A stretch of 64,000 nucleotides of DNA from Piromyces finnis finn (Eukaryota > Fungi > Neocallimastigomycota): NCBI GenBank assembly GCA_002104945.1, contig MCFH01000019.1:372001-436000 (forward strand). The letters are read 5' to 3'. The translations under genes and the position numbers were made by a program. The notes beneath the pieces were generated by a model that was not told the origin of the DNA, made no database searches, and worked only from the letters and a program-made list of their open reading frames with translations. Each line of letters starts with the position of its first letter. The first letter of the stretch is position 1. Shown here piece after piece: positions 27,201 through 41,293 of this stretch.

Positions 27201-28936
27201 AATAATTACTATAAATATATTCTAGATTACTAGATTATTAATCTGTAATTAAATTTATTTCTTTTATACTTTACCTTATACCAAATCTTAAAGTAGATAA
27301 AGTTTCAGTATCGTTAAATGAAGATGGAGAACAATTAATAATTAATGTAGTTCTGGAGTTACCACCAAGAGATTCTTGTAAAATACGAGTAAGCTTACTG
27401 TCACGATATGGAATGTGGGATGACTATAAACGTATATACATTTATATATTTGTTGATTAGAAACAAGTAACAAAATAAAATTTTATAAATTTTAATATTA
27501 TAAAAAAAGACTATATTCATAATTCATTTAAAGTTATGAATATTCTAACTTTTATACTTTAAAATCTTTATTTATGTACCTTTCCATCAGTTAAAGCGTT
27601 AATAACCATACCAAGAGCAGAAAGTGATTTATTAATTTTTTTAGCTTCTTCTAAAGTTTGACCAGTAGCACCAGTCTTACCGACCTTTTCAGAACCAGCT
27701 AAATCAACCAAGTAGATTTTACCACTCTTTTGAGTACCATTTGTTAAGTCCTTTTGGTTAACAGTAACAACAAAAATAGAGTGTGATCTAGAACTTTCAG
27801 CATTCATGTCTAAAATTTATAAAAATTGTATTCATTAGGAACTAACCATTTTAAAATTCTTACTATATATATACATGAAATTTACTTGTAAAGGCTACAA
27901 CTCTAGATGCAGCACCACGCTTCATAACTTCAAAAACTTCTTGTACAGAACTTACATAAACTTCCAATAAACCCTTAACATATACACCACGATTCTTTTC
28001 TTCATGAATTGGTAAATTATCGTTACTTGCTATATTTTTAAAATGCAATATATATTGATTGTTAATACACCATTGTATTTTCTTTTTAACAAAAATCTTG
28101 ATTTCTAATATAAAACTTACGATTTAATAAATCTCTAATTCTTTCCATATAAATTTCCATATATGAAACTTTAACAGTAAATTCAATAGTTGATGGAGCA
28201 TCCATAATAGTTGTGAAAATAGCTTCAATAATACGTGGGATAACACCTCTAGTGTCATCATTATCAATATCAGAACCCTTTAAATTTAATTTTTTTTAAA
28301 ATAATATTGATTTAAATATTTTATTCATCGGATCGTTTCTTTCAAAAAATTTTAGGAATATAATGAACATACCATCATAGAATAGGTCTTACCACTACCA
28401 GTTTGACCGTAAGCGAAAATCTATTATAATTATTATTGATAAATGATATTAATTTAAAATTTTTGTTTTATCACAGTTTATTATAAAAGTATTATTAATT
28501 ACTAATACATACTGTTCCGTTATAACCTCTCATAACATCTATGTATTTTATTAGATATTAAAATTAATTTATGTTTATTTATTATGTACGTAAATATATT
28601 AGTTTCCTTACCTCCAACAATTGGAAGAGCGGTGTATTCAAAACATTCTTTTTGAGTACAATTCCAGTCAAAGATTTTATCGAATGTGAAAGTACCTGGA
28701 TATTCTTTACTCTTTTTTTTTTTTAAAAAAAAAAAAGGTTACTTTACTGTAATATAATTGAATATTGATATTTTGTACATTAAACATACTTCTAATGAAA
28801 CAGTTTGACCATCTTCATGAATGTTGACACAATTAACACCACCTTCTTTAATTTCTCTTGCATTTTGTGGTCTGAAACGACAAACTACACGAATGTTGTT
28901 ACCAGTTTCAGCGGAAGCAGGACGTCTAGAAGCCAT
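24294..28936 (-). CDS. kinA: Conventional kinesin heavy chain (kinesin-1, fungal KinA/Nkin type), multi-exon
   Basis: [13 protein letters not shown]-loop [15 protein letters not shown], switch [12 protein letters not shown], switch [42 protein letters not shown], coiled coils, [16 protein letters not shown], autoinhibitory RIAKPLRGG, and fungal tail [13 protein letters not shown]. Confidence 0.97.
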
Positions 28937-29118
28937 TTTTACCTATTTTATAATTTATTTATTCATTTAATATTTGAAATATTTTTTTTTAAATTTATGT
29001 TAAAGATTATTTATTATTTTAAAAGATAAAATGTAATGTTATTATTGATAAAATAAAAGATATTATTATTATAACATTAATATAAAATTTTCGATTTTAT
29101 AATTAAAAAATATTGTAT

Positions 29119-29130
29119 ATTCCCGGGAAT
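29119..29130. promoter_or_regulatory. Perfect 12-bp palindrome ATTCCCGGGAAT, candidate transcription factor site upstream of kinesin-1
   Basis: Isolated GC-core palindrome about 185 bp upstream of the kinesin ATG, in almost pure A/T sequence. Confidence 0.35.
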
Positions 29131-29554
29131 GATAATTAGTTTTTATTTAATATACTTTATACTATTTTATTATTAATAATAATCTATTTTATAATATTTT
29201 ATTATTGTAAAATATTAATTATTTTTTGTTAACAAATTATTAATAAAAAGAATAGTGTATTAATTTTTTATATTCTTTTGTTTACTTTTTCATTTATTAG
29301 TTAATAAATATACCATAATAATAATAATAGTAAATACTATTAATTAATTGATTAATCAATAATCCTTTTATTATTATTTTGTTTATTTATTTATAATAAA
29401 TCCTCGAATTTCATCTTGCTTTTTATACAAAATTTTAATTTACATTTTTAGTTTTTTGTTTTATTTTATTTTTATTTTTATTGCTTTTTATTTTTAATTA
29501 TTTTTTATTATATTTCTCTTAGAGTTATCATACAAAATAAATATTCTATAGTCG

Positions 29555-29589
<35 letters not shown>

Positions 29590-32500
29590 TTTTCATTTCA
29601 TTCTTTTTTTTCGACATTAGAAACTGAAGGTTTTATTTATTTATTTATTATTGTCTAATTGCTTATTCAATTTAAGTCAAATATTAAAAGTATAAATAAA
29701 ATTATACATACTTTTTTGTTACTTTGTTTACTTTTATCAAAAGTTTAATAATGAAAAATTATGGTTTGTTTATAATTAAATTTATTGATATAATCAAAAA
29801 TAAACAAAAATTTATTTTTGCTAAATTATCAATTCTATAATATTTATGTCTAAATATATATTTTTGTATATTTTTTGAATTTTTGTTGATAAATCAATTT
29901 CAACTTTTTAAACAATTTTTATCCTTTATCCTACTATTTAAAAAGAACAAAAAAAAAAAAAGGAATAATACAAATCACAATTATAATTTAAATATATATA
30001 AATAGTATATAATAATGTAATTAATATAAATATATATATTTAAAAAAGGATAAGCAAATATCAAATTTATAAAATAATTATTTATATTTATAAATAATCT
30101 ATTTAAAATGCTTATTTAATAATAATAATAATTTTTTTAGGTTGTAGGATAAAAAATTAAAAGAGATATTGCTAACTACAAAAAATATATAAAAATATAT
30201 ATATATAAATAATTAATAATTAATAATAAAAATTTTATATTAAATTTAATTAAAATAGAATTTTGAATAATAAATATTAAAAAAAAAAAAAAAAAAACGG
30301 TCAAAAACACTTTTCAATATCTAAAAAGAATAAAAAAAGAAAGAAAGAAAAAGAAGCATATAGAGTATTGCATTTCTCTTCCTTTCTAAATATAAAAGAA
30401 TATTTAATGATTTAATATTATTATTAACATGAAATGTTATTAATATTAATAATAAAAAAAAAGATATATCAAGGCTTAGTTTCATTTAATATTATTATAT
30501 ATATATGTTAATTGTACTTTTTTGAGAAAAGAAAGCGTAGCATCACATTAATTAAATGGTTCATTTTAATCATAATGGCTACTAAAAAACCGATTTTATA
30601 ATCTTACTTTTATAAAAAAAAATAAAAACCAACATAAAAAAAAAATGACCTACACTATTACAATATAGATTTTATTTTTTTTTTTGAGTAACTTGGTATT
30701 GTTACAAATAAAATTTCATATATAAAATCATTAATGAATGTAATTCTAGGCTAATACTAGTTTTCTATTTTTTTTCTAAATTTACAAATATTAATAAAAG
30801 GAATTACTTTTATTCTTTTTTTATAGACACTAATAGGCTCACTTTTAATAATAATCGGGTTTGATTAATTATTCATAGGTATAATTATTAATAGCATTAT
30901 TGATACTATCTTTTCATGATTTCTTTTATTTTGTATTTAGTACAATATCTCTTTATATTCTAATATATGTATATAATATATTAAATATATTAATCTCCAA
31001 TTTTAATTGAATAAAAAAGAAATGAAATATTAACTTTAAATAATATTATTTATGAAATTGTTGATGGAATAACTTTTTGCCTTATTTGGAAATTACACCA
31101 CTTTTTAATATATAATATATAATAAATTAATATATTTTTCATATAAAGAATATATTTTAATATATTGATTAATGATTAAAAATTTTAAATTTAATAATTA
31201 TTCATTCATTTACTTTTTTATATATTTATTTATTTATTTACTTATTTACCAGTTTATTCACTTCATTATCCATTCATTTATTAAGCTATTAATTTATTTA
31301 TTTTACTATTTATTCATTCATTTATATTTAATGTATATATTAAACAACAGAAAGATCTTTTAATTTAAAAATGTTTTTTTATCTAATTATAAAGGTGATG
31401 CTAACTATGCTTTTAGAAAGTTTTATTATGACATTTGTTACCCCTTTTTCATATTAACTCTATTTATTTTTTTAATTAATACTATTATTCTTTAATAAAA
31501 ACTCAAATATTAAAGATACAGTTTTCCATTTACAAACCCTATGCCAACATTTGCTAAAGGGAGTCATTCATTTCTCTCAATCTAATAATTAGAAATATAG
31601 AGAAATTGTTGTTAGTGATAAGCAGATCTGAAACCTACATTATCATTTAGTATATCGCTGTGTTATTGTCTTTCAAATTATACAAGACTACATCTATATA
31701 ATTATATTTTTTTGTGATATATGAATACATTCTTTATCCTTTAGTCACTTTTCAAAATTAAAAATACTCTTTAAAGTAATTCAATAATAAAAAAAAAGAG
31801 ATTTTAATGGACGAATGCGTTACCATTATTTTTAAATATCTTTTTTATTACTAAACTACTAAAATAAAGAGTTTTATTAATTATATCAAGATATATTTGA
31901 TAATATTTGATAAATATAAAAAAAGAAAAATGTTTTTTTATTTTTTATTTTAATAGTTTAAAATTATTTATCATTGGAAAAGGATAATACTAGTAAAATG
32001 TATATAATGTAGATATTATATGTAGTATAAGCATTATAAATAATATCCTAATCCATATATGAATTATTAATGATTACCTTGTATTTGAATATTAAATGAA
32101 GAAAACTTTAAAATTTTAATAATCATCATTATTCATTTTTTGTAAGTGTTTTTCTTTATATTCTTTAGGTATAATATGAAATATATAATAGTAAAAAGAA
32201 GATATATCAATAAAATATATAATAAAACCATTAATAAGAAATATTTTTAAGAAATATTAAAGTTTTAAGTTTTTTTTTTTTTTTTTTTTTTTTTTTGGTA
32301 TAAAATGGCTAACAATTTAATTTAATTTTTCTTTTTTTTTTTTAATTCCTTTTTGTATATTTAAAAAAAAAAAAAAAAAAATTCTTGGTAATATTAAAAT
32401 AAAACAAAACACAAAAAACCAAACTAAATATATAAAAAGTAAATAATCAAAAAAGATTTTCTTTAAATAAATGTATAAAGAAAATATCAGTAATATTTTA

Positions 32501-33044
32501 AAGGAATAATAAATATAAATAAATAAAAGAATTTGGAATAATTGTTGAATCATTAAAAAAATATGTATATAATAATATGATACAAAAAGAAGAAAAAAAA
32601 AATATAAAAAGAAGAGTCTCAATGATCTCTCAATGTTACATAGCTAACTGTTTATTTTGATGATATATTTTCTATTTTTGTTTAATAATATTACTCAAAT
32701 AAAATACTTTTTTTGAAAGCATATATTTTTTAAAAATATAACATTATTTTAAGATAAAATTTATGAAATATAAAATATTTTTATTTATTTATTTTTTTGG
32801 ATTTAAAAATTTATAAAACTAATTATTATTATTATTATTATTATTATTATTGTTATTTTTCTATAATATTGTAAATGTTATATTTATATATCCATATCTT
32901 ATAATATATATTAAAGAAATTAATAAACAAATCAATACTATTTGAAAAGCATATTTATTTTATAAATAATTGCATAGTTGTATTTGTAAACATTTTGCAA
33001 TTTCTGTAACAATAATTAGCTTTAGAAATTTTAGACAAAATATC

Positions 33045-36000
33045 ATGAGTTATTTCAATAATATAATGCCGAGAATTGTTAGTATATTTATATTAGCAAT
33101 TCTTTCCTTAAAAGTCAATGCTATTAGTTTCCCAGGTGTTCCAAATAATTATAAAGAAGGCGAAAAAATTCCAATTTTAGTAAATTCCTTAGTTTCTTCA
33201 AACACTGCCTTCCCATATGATTATTATAACGAGCACTTTGGATTTTGTCAACCAGAAGATGGTCCAACTTCAAAAAAGGAATCATTAGGTAGCATTCTCT
33301 TTGGTGACCGTTTATACGATTCTCCATTTGATGTAAATAAATGAAATGTTTTATATCTTTAATATTTTAGAGTTGGAAATTGAAATTAATTTAAAATAAT
33401 AATGAAAATATTTATAAAAAATAGATTTATATGTTGAAAAATGATACTTGTCAAAGTCAATGTAGAGGTAATGTTACAATTGATGAAGTTAACGCAAAAT
33501 TTATTAATGAAAGAATTAGAGAACAATATAATATTAGATGGTAAAGTATAGTATATAAATTCATTTATATAATTGTTTTTATTTTTTTTTTTCAATGACC
33601 ATAAATATAAATATTTTTAATACTCTTTTTTTTTTTTTCCTCTATCAAGGATTGTTGATAATATTCCAGCTGCTAGAAAAATGTTAACAGAAGAAGGAAA
33701 GATTCTTTATAGTGAAGGTTTTGAACTTGGTTTAATTGATGTAAATATATAAAAGAATATAAAAAATATTTCATTTTACAAATCAATAAAATAAAATATT
33801 TAAATTGCAAAATAATAATAATAATAAATAAATAAATAAATAAAAAACAGGAAGAGGGAAATCCAGCATTAAATAATCATTTTGATATTCAAATTGAATA
33901 TCATATTAATAATGGAAGATACCGTATTGTTGGTGTTCTTGTCTGGCCATATAGGTAATTCTTTATTATCAATTATTTTAAAACAAATTATTAATTTTGT
34001 TTTAACTTTATTAAAATTTTATTAAAAAAAAGTATAAAGAATATAGACAGAGAAAATAAGTGTGGTAATATCGATTCAACTGAGCATTTATATCTTTCTG
34101 AAACTTCTCCAACCACTTTTACTTATACATTCAACGTTATTTGGACTGTATGTTTGAAATAATAGAATAAAATAAAAAAAAAATGAAAAATGAAATATAA
34201 TTATTTAACTATAAAATAAAAATGACACTTAATAATTATGATAATCTTCTTGAAATATTTTCAAAAGGAATCCCCTGTCGCTTGGGTTACTCGTTGGGAT
34301 CATTATATTTACAATCCAGATGCTGAAACACATTGGTTAAGGTAAACATAAATTCTAAAAAAAATATTATATACTTTTTTTGAAGATTAATAAATAATTA
34401 ATTAATTTCTATTTATTTACATAAATATAGTTTAGTTAATTCATTTGTTATTGCTATGATGTTAACTGGTATGGTCGCCATGATTATTATTAGAGCTTTA
34501 AGAAAAGATATTATTAGATATAACAGAGCTGATTTGGTATATTATTGAATAGTTTTTTTTTTTTATTGTATAAAATTATAATTGAAGGGTAGAGTATAAT
34601 ATATATTAAACTATTTCGTTTTATTATTATTTTGGTGTCAATAGGAAGATCAACAAGATGAATATGGTTGGAAATTAGTTCATGGTGATGTCTTTAGAGC
34701 TCCATTCCATAGAATGTGGTTATCTGTATTATTAGGAAATGGTGTTCAATCTCTTTTAATGTGCTTTATAACATTATGTAAGTTTTAAGACAATATCTTA
34801 TTCGTTTGATTATTAAAAAAATATTAATTAATAATAAAAAAAAAAGAATGATTCTCATCTTTTATATATATATGTATAATTTAATTTTTGTTATAATAAA
34901 GGTTTTGCTGTTTTAGGATTCTTATCACCAGCTAGTCGTGGTTCAATTCCAACTGTAATGATTTTATTTTATCTTATTTTTTCATGTTTCTCTGGTTACG
35001 TATCTGCTCGTATGTACAAGGTTCAAGGAGGTGAAGGTTATAAGAGAAATGCCATATTCACTGCTTTCTTATTCCCAGGGTAAGTTGTATAAAAAATGTT
35101 GATATTATGGATATTTAGATTTTTCAATGGAAAATTTTTTCTTATTTAATAATCTATTTTATCATTAATCTTTTTTTTTTTTTTTTTTTTTTTTTAACAT
35201 CATTATTTTAACACTTACTAGTGCTGTTTTAATAACCTATCTCTTCTTAAACATGTTCATGATTGCCAATGATTCTTCTGGTGCTATTCCATTTGGTACT
35301 TTAATTTTAATTCTCACCATTTGGACTTTAGTTTCTATTCCATTATGTTTCTTTGGTGCTATCATTGGATTTAAGAGAAGATCTATTCCATTCCCAGTTA
35401 GAACTAATCAAATTCCAAGACAAGTTCCTGATCAAGTAAATATTTATTTTGTTGATAATGGATATACGATATATTATATATATTTTCCATTTCTATTGAT
35501 TAATACCTTTTTTAAAAATATTATTATAGCCAATGTATTTAAGATTTATTCCATCTTCTCTTATTGGTGGAATTTTACCATTTGGAGCTATTTTTATTGA
35601 AGTCTTTTACATTATGAACAGTATTATTTTCCATCATATTTACTCTATCTTTTCATTCCTTTTCCTCGGTTTCTTAATTTTAATTATAACATGCGCTGAA
35701 ATCTCCATATTGATTTGCTACTTTAGATTATGTTCTGAAGATTACCGCTGGTGGTGGCACTCTTTTGTGTAAGTTTTAATAATAATACTATTCCTTTATA
35801 AAGAAATGGAGTGTATGCCATATTTTCTAATTTCACTCGTTTCATTTTTTTTTAATATTTAAAAATTATAGAACATCTGGTTCCTGCGCACTCTACATTT
35901 TCTTATACAGTATTCTTTATTACTATACCAAATTATCATTTGACTCCTTCTCCTCTACTGTATTATACTTTGGTTTCTCTGCCATATTTTGTTCTTTCTT

Positions 36001-36281
36001 CTTTATTATTTCAGGTAAATTTATTGAAAATAAATTTATAAATTACCCTTTGTTGATGATAAATTAAATTATATTATTATTATTATTATTACTATTATTA
36101 GGTACTATTGGTTTCTTTGCCACTTTCTGGTTCTTAAGAAAGATCTACGGGTAAATATTATTATTTTTAATCAATTCTATATTATATTAGTTTCATATAT
36201 AGGTATGAGGGTATTATAAATTAACTCTTTTTTTTTTTTTTATTTAATTATCACTATAATAGATCCATTAAAATTGATTAA
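33045..36281 (+). CDS. EMP70: Transmembrane 9 superfamily (nonaspanin, Emp70/Tmn2/TM9SF2-4) protein, multi-exon
   Basis: Signal peptide, then ESLGSILFGDRLYDSPF, LNNHFDIQIEYH, WVTRWDHY, THWLSLVNSF, EYGWKLVHGDVFRAP, PVRTNQIPRQVP, GGILPFGAIFIE, CSEDYRWWWHSF. Ends in the KxD/E Golgi motif GSIKID*. Confidence 0.95.
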
Positions 36282-37001
36282 ACAGAATATCAATTCAAGC
36301 AAGAAAGAAAATGAATATTTTAATAGAACTTTTTTTAAAGTGAAAGAATTTCATAAAAATTTATTAAAAAATTCATCACAATTAAAAATTAAAATAATAA
36401 TTTATATCATTTCTCAAAACATTTAATTTTATATAAATTATATTGTTATTATACTTTATTGACAAAAATAAAAAAAAAAATATTATATTAACAGTTTAAA
36501 ATTATATATCATTATTACTTTCTTTAATATATCAATAACCGCATAGTAATAATATAACTATTAATAAATTAATAGAAATAGAAATAAACTATAATAAAAT
36601 TTATACATAAAAAAAAAATAATTATTAAAAAATATATATCTTTATATTTAATATTCCTTGTATAATTTTATTTTATTTTATTTATTTTTTATTTTTTTCC
36701 CCCTTAATAAATACTGCTATTCACCGACGATTTAATAATAAATTTAAATCATATTATATTAATTGTTTATAGAGTTTCAAATGGCATTACATTTATCCAT
36801 TCATTTTAAAACTATGGGTATTAAGGGGAAAAAAAAGGATTTAAATAAATAGAAAAAAGAAAAAAAAGATTAAATAATAATAAATATTTATATATATAAA
36901 GTAAACCAATTTAAAATAAATGATTTAACAATTATTCAAATAAACATGTAAAGGATCATTGTTAACATAGTCAATAATAACATATTAATAAAAAATAAAA
37001 A

Positions 37002-37034
<33 letters not shown>

Positions 37035-37182
37035 CACTTTAATGATAATTTTTATATTTATTAATATTTATTATGTATTTATTTTTATATTTGAATTAAA
37101 AAAAAGAGATAGATAAAATGTAAAATAATTTAAAATAGGATGCATTTTTTTTATTTTTTTTTTTTTTTTTTTAATTTGAAAT

Positions 37183-38853
37183 TTAAAGTTCCATTGTATT
37201 ACAATAATCATTAAGAAGTAGTTTTGCTTCTTCAATTGTTAAATGACAACAAAGAGGAGTAGAACCTAAAATATAATGTGCTTCTTTATTATAAAAAACA
37301 ATAGTGGATGGTGGTTTAATAGGACCAATAATATTGGATACTTGACCATTAAAATCATTATTACTAGTTAAAAATGTTGTTAAACTTTGTGGTTGACAAT
37401 AACATGAAGGTAGAGGAATAAATGAATAATTATTGTATTTATTACAAGTTTTTAAATCAATTTCATACATTTTGGTTTGGATCCAAAAAAATCTTTAAAA
37501 AAAAAAAAGGAAAATTACAATTATGTGAACAATAGAGTATTAATAATAAGAAGAAAAAAAAAAAAAAAGATTAATATACCTAAATTCAACATCACAATCA
37601 TAGGTAGGGTATCCTTTCCAACACATAACATCTTTAATATAATAAATATTATTTTCTTCACTATATATACAATCTAAAATAGAATAATTTTGATATTCTC
37701 TATTAAAATAACAATAATAATTTAGGTGTATAAATATTAATATTGGTTTCAACATTCGTTCATTTAATATTCCAAAAAAAAAAAAAAAATATTACCTAGA
37801 TAATGGATTGCCACCTGGTATATTAGAATAAAAAGTATTTATTATTGAACCTGTGGTTATTTAAAATAAAATATTATATTTTTATTATTTGTCTTGTCTT
37901 ATTTTTTTTTTAAATATTTGTAAAAAAAATAATAAAATAATTCAAATTTACCATCAATTCTTCTACTGACCGTTTTTCCTATATAAATTAATGGATAGTT
38001 ATAATATTAATTAGTTTATATAAATTAATCTAATTAGTAAAAAAAATTTTTTTACTATTTTTATCATACCATTATAGGAAATAACTAAGCATGGTATACC
38101 ATCGGGTATCTTAACAGCAATCCAATTAGTTTCGAAATCGTTTGGTATTTCTTCTAATTTTTCACTCAACATTAATTGATTTCTAATAAAAAAAGAAAGA
38201 AAGAAAATATATATATATATATATTATATATACTTTTGGTAAATAATACACCTTGTCTACACATTTCTACAAATATATCTATTATAAAACTAATAATATA
38301 TTACTAACATAAATTCATTCTTTTTCTTCTTATGCTTATTCTTCTTATTCTTTTTGACTTTCTTATCTATATCCATTCCTTCTTCTTGATGGTAACTTCC
38401 ATTATTGTTTTTTTCAATTCTACTTTCATTTTGATTTTTTGATATATTATTTTTATTGGAAATTTCAATTTCAGAATCAGAATCATTTTCTGAATTTTCA
38501 TTTTGAATTGAAAATTCAATTAATTTTCTAGCTTGATTTACTAAAGAACTTCTTTTCTAGTTATTAAAAAAAATAATAATAAAATAAAATAAATTCCAGG
38601 GTTATATTATAATATTCAATGGATATCTTAATGTTTAATATTTTATAATGAAATTTTAAAAGAATTAAAAATCTTTTAATAATACTTGTCTCTGTTCTTC
38701 CAATATTCTTCTTCTTCTTTCTTCCTGTTTTTCTTCTTTTGTTTTTGAATAAAAAGTAGCTTTATAGTCTTTTTTTCTAAAAGAGGTACTATTTTCTTGT
38801 TCAGTTTCATTATTCAGAGTAAAGGTGAAAGTAAAATTCTCCATTTTTTTCAT
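37183..38853 (-). CDS. SNUPN: Snurportin-1 (m3G-cap-type snRNP nuclear import adaptor), divergent, about 6 exons
   Basis: IBB-like KQEERRRRILEEQRQKRSSLVNQARKL, then [65 protein letters not shown] and FYNKEAHYILGSTPL. This is collinear with human SNUPN as I recall it. Start may be 38844. Confidence 0.9.
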
Positions 38854-39804
38854 TTTATATATATATTATTAAACTTGTATATATAAATGATATAAACTAT
38901 TAATATTATTAATGTTATTGATGTTAATATTTCTATTTTTATTACTATTTATTTTTCTTGTTTTTATTTGGCAATGTTAAAAATAAATTTTCAATTTATT
39001 ATTATTGATTTAATTATTAATGAAATGAAATTTCAATTTATAATAAAGAATTTAAATTTTATTTTTTAAATAAAATGTAGAAATAAATGTACACATACTT
39101 TTTTTTCTTTTATCCTATAAATATGGTTTGTGGTAGATATATATATTTGTTACTACTGCTATTTTCTTTTTTTTTAAAAGATAGATGAAATTGTGAAATT
39201 TGATTTTAAAATGTATTCCTTTTTTTAATTAATTAATTATGAAATTTTTTAATTTATAATAAAATTTAATTTTAATAATTAAAAGGAATAAATTTTAAAA
39301 AATATAAATATACCATAAAATCCCTCAAAAAAACTGTTTTTTAAAAAATTCTAAAGTTACACAATACTTTAAATATATTGTTATATATTCATCAATATAT
39401 TTATAATAAATTAAAATTCAATTATAATAAATGGAAATCATAAATTAAAATTAACTTTGATTGGGTTAATTAAAAAGAAACTATAAAAGAAGAAGTTGTA
39501 AATTAAAAAAAAAAAAATTGAAGACTTTATACTATTTTTTAAAATTAGCAAGGAAATAAAATTGAAGTAATTCTTTAATTACTTTTGCTCTTTTTTATTT
39601 TTTTTCTATTCATCATTAACATTTTATTGTTTAATAATATCAAAAACAACAAAAAGTTATGGATATAAAATTTAAAATTATCTGAATTTTTAAAATAATT
39701 ATAATTTATTATTAATTTTATTATTATTATTACTCAGTAACAAAATAAAAAAAATATAAATTTCAAATTAAAATTCTATCTGTTAACTAAATCATTAATA
39801 TAAA

Positions 39805-41146
39805 ATGACTACTGAAACAAGTGTTATAACCAATAAAAAATTATTAAGAAACCAACTAAGGAATTTACTTAAAACAATAACTGAAAATGAACTAGTATAT
39901 CAATGTAGGCTTATAATATTTGTTATATATATTATTTTAAAATAATCATGAAGAAAATAACATATATATTATATAAAAAAAATTATTATAATAAATTGAA
40001 ATATAAGCAAATGAAATTTTTAAAAGAGTCATTTCATTAAAAGAATATCAAGAATGTAAAAATATTAGTATATATTTGCATATGCCAAAAGGTGAAGTAA
40101 GAACTGAAAGTTTACTTAAACATGCTTTAAAATCAGGAAAAAATTGTTATGTACCCTATATTATTAATGGAACTGAAATGGTTAGTTATAAAAAAAAAAA
40201 AACATTCTTTTATTATAAATATAATAATAATTGTAGTAAAGGAAATCATTAAATAGAATTAAAATTTATTAAAGGAATTTCTATCATTTATAAAATTTAT
40301 AAAATGAATGGTAATTATTAATAATTTATTATACTATTGAAAAAAAAGGAAATGGTAAAAATCAATTCTTGGGAGGAATTTTTATCATACCCAAAAACTA
40401 AATGGGGTTACCCAGAACCAAGTGGTATGACTGAGAATTCAACTGGTATATATTCTAAACAGTATTTTAAAAATATATCAAATTTGTTATAACACAAATT
40501 AATAATTTTATAAAACCTACAAACACTATTACTTCTATCATTATTATTAATACAAACAATACCACTAATAATAATAATAATAATAAATGAAGCCTTGAAA
40601 AATAAAGAGGGCTTAGATTTAATAATTGTACCAGGTAAATATTGTTATATATTTTTTTTTCGTATAATTTATTAAATCCAATTAATGTATAATTATTTAA
40701 AAAAGGAATGGCATTTGATTTAAAAGGAAATAGATTAGGACACGGAAAGGGGTAAATTATAATATTTTTTTATTATTAATTAATGTTTTAATATAATGAA
40801 TAATACAAATTATATAATAAATATTTTATCAATTGGGTAATATAGTTATTATGATAGGTATATTGAAAGAGCTAAACAATTTTCAAAATTAGGAAATAAA
40901 GAAGGACCATATTGTGGTATGTTATATATATAATATTATAAATATACTATTATATAATCGAATTTATTTATAATAATTTATTATGTTGTTTAAATTGTAA
41001 TAATATACCATGTCAATATAAAGTTTCGCTTTCATTGAATGAGCAATTATTAGAACAAGATATACCAACAAATCAATTTGACGTGAAACCTGATATAATT
41101 ATTACACCACAAGGTTCAGTTTCACAAATAACACAAAAAACTGAAG
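39805..41146 (+). CDS. MTHFS: 5-formyltetrahydrofolate cyclo-ligase (MTHFS/Fau1); 3' end open, see fusion finding
   Basis: Exons 39805-39904, 40008-40180, 40349-40445, 40593-40634, 40706-40751, 40846-40916 and 41024-41146 are in frame. Motifs: [71 protein letters not shown]. Unspliced, the frame runs to a stop at 41253 through intron-like sequence. Confidence 0.92.
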
Positions 41147-41293
41147 GTATTTTTTTTTTCCATAAGATGATTAATTTTTTTTACGATAATTATAAACGGC
41201 GGTATTTAAATTACTATTTTAAAATACATAAATTCTATATAATCCATATATAATAATATATATTATTTACCCATTCTTTAATAAGAAACTAAA

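Noticed and set aside
31420-31770. Mixed-base patch in the kinesin-TM9SF spacer
   Set aside because: No sustained frame, repeat structure or RNA motif could be supported.
38184-38308. Possible extra exon or frameshift in snurportin
   Set aside because: The direct splice TTT AT|...|A AAT CAA is in frame (NEFINQLM), so no extra exon is needed.
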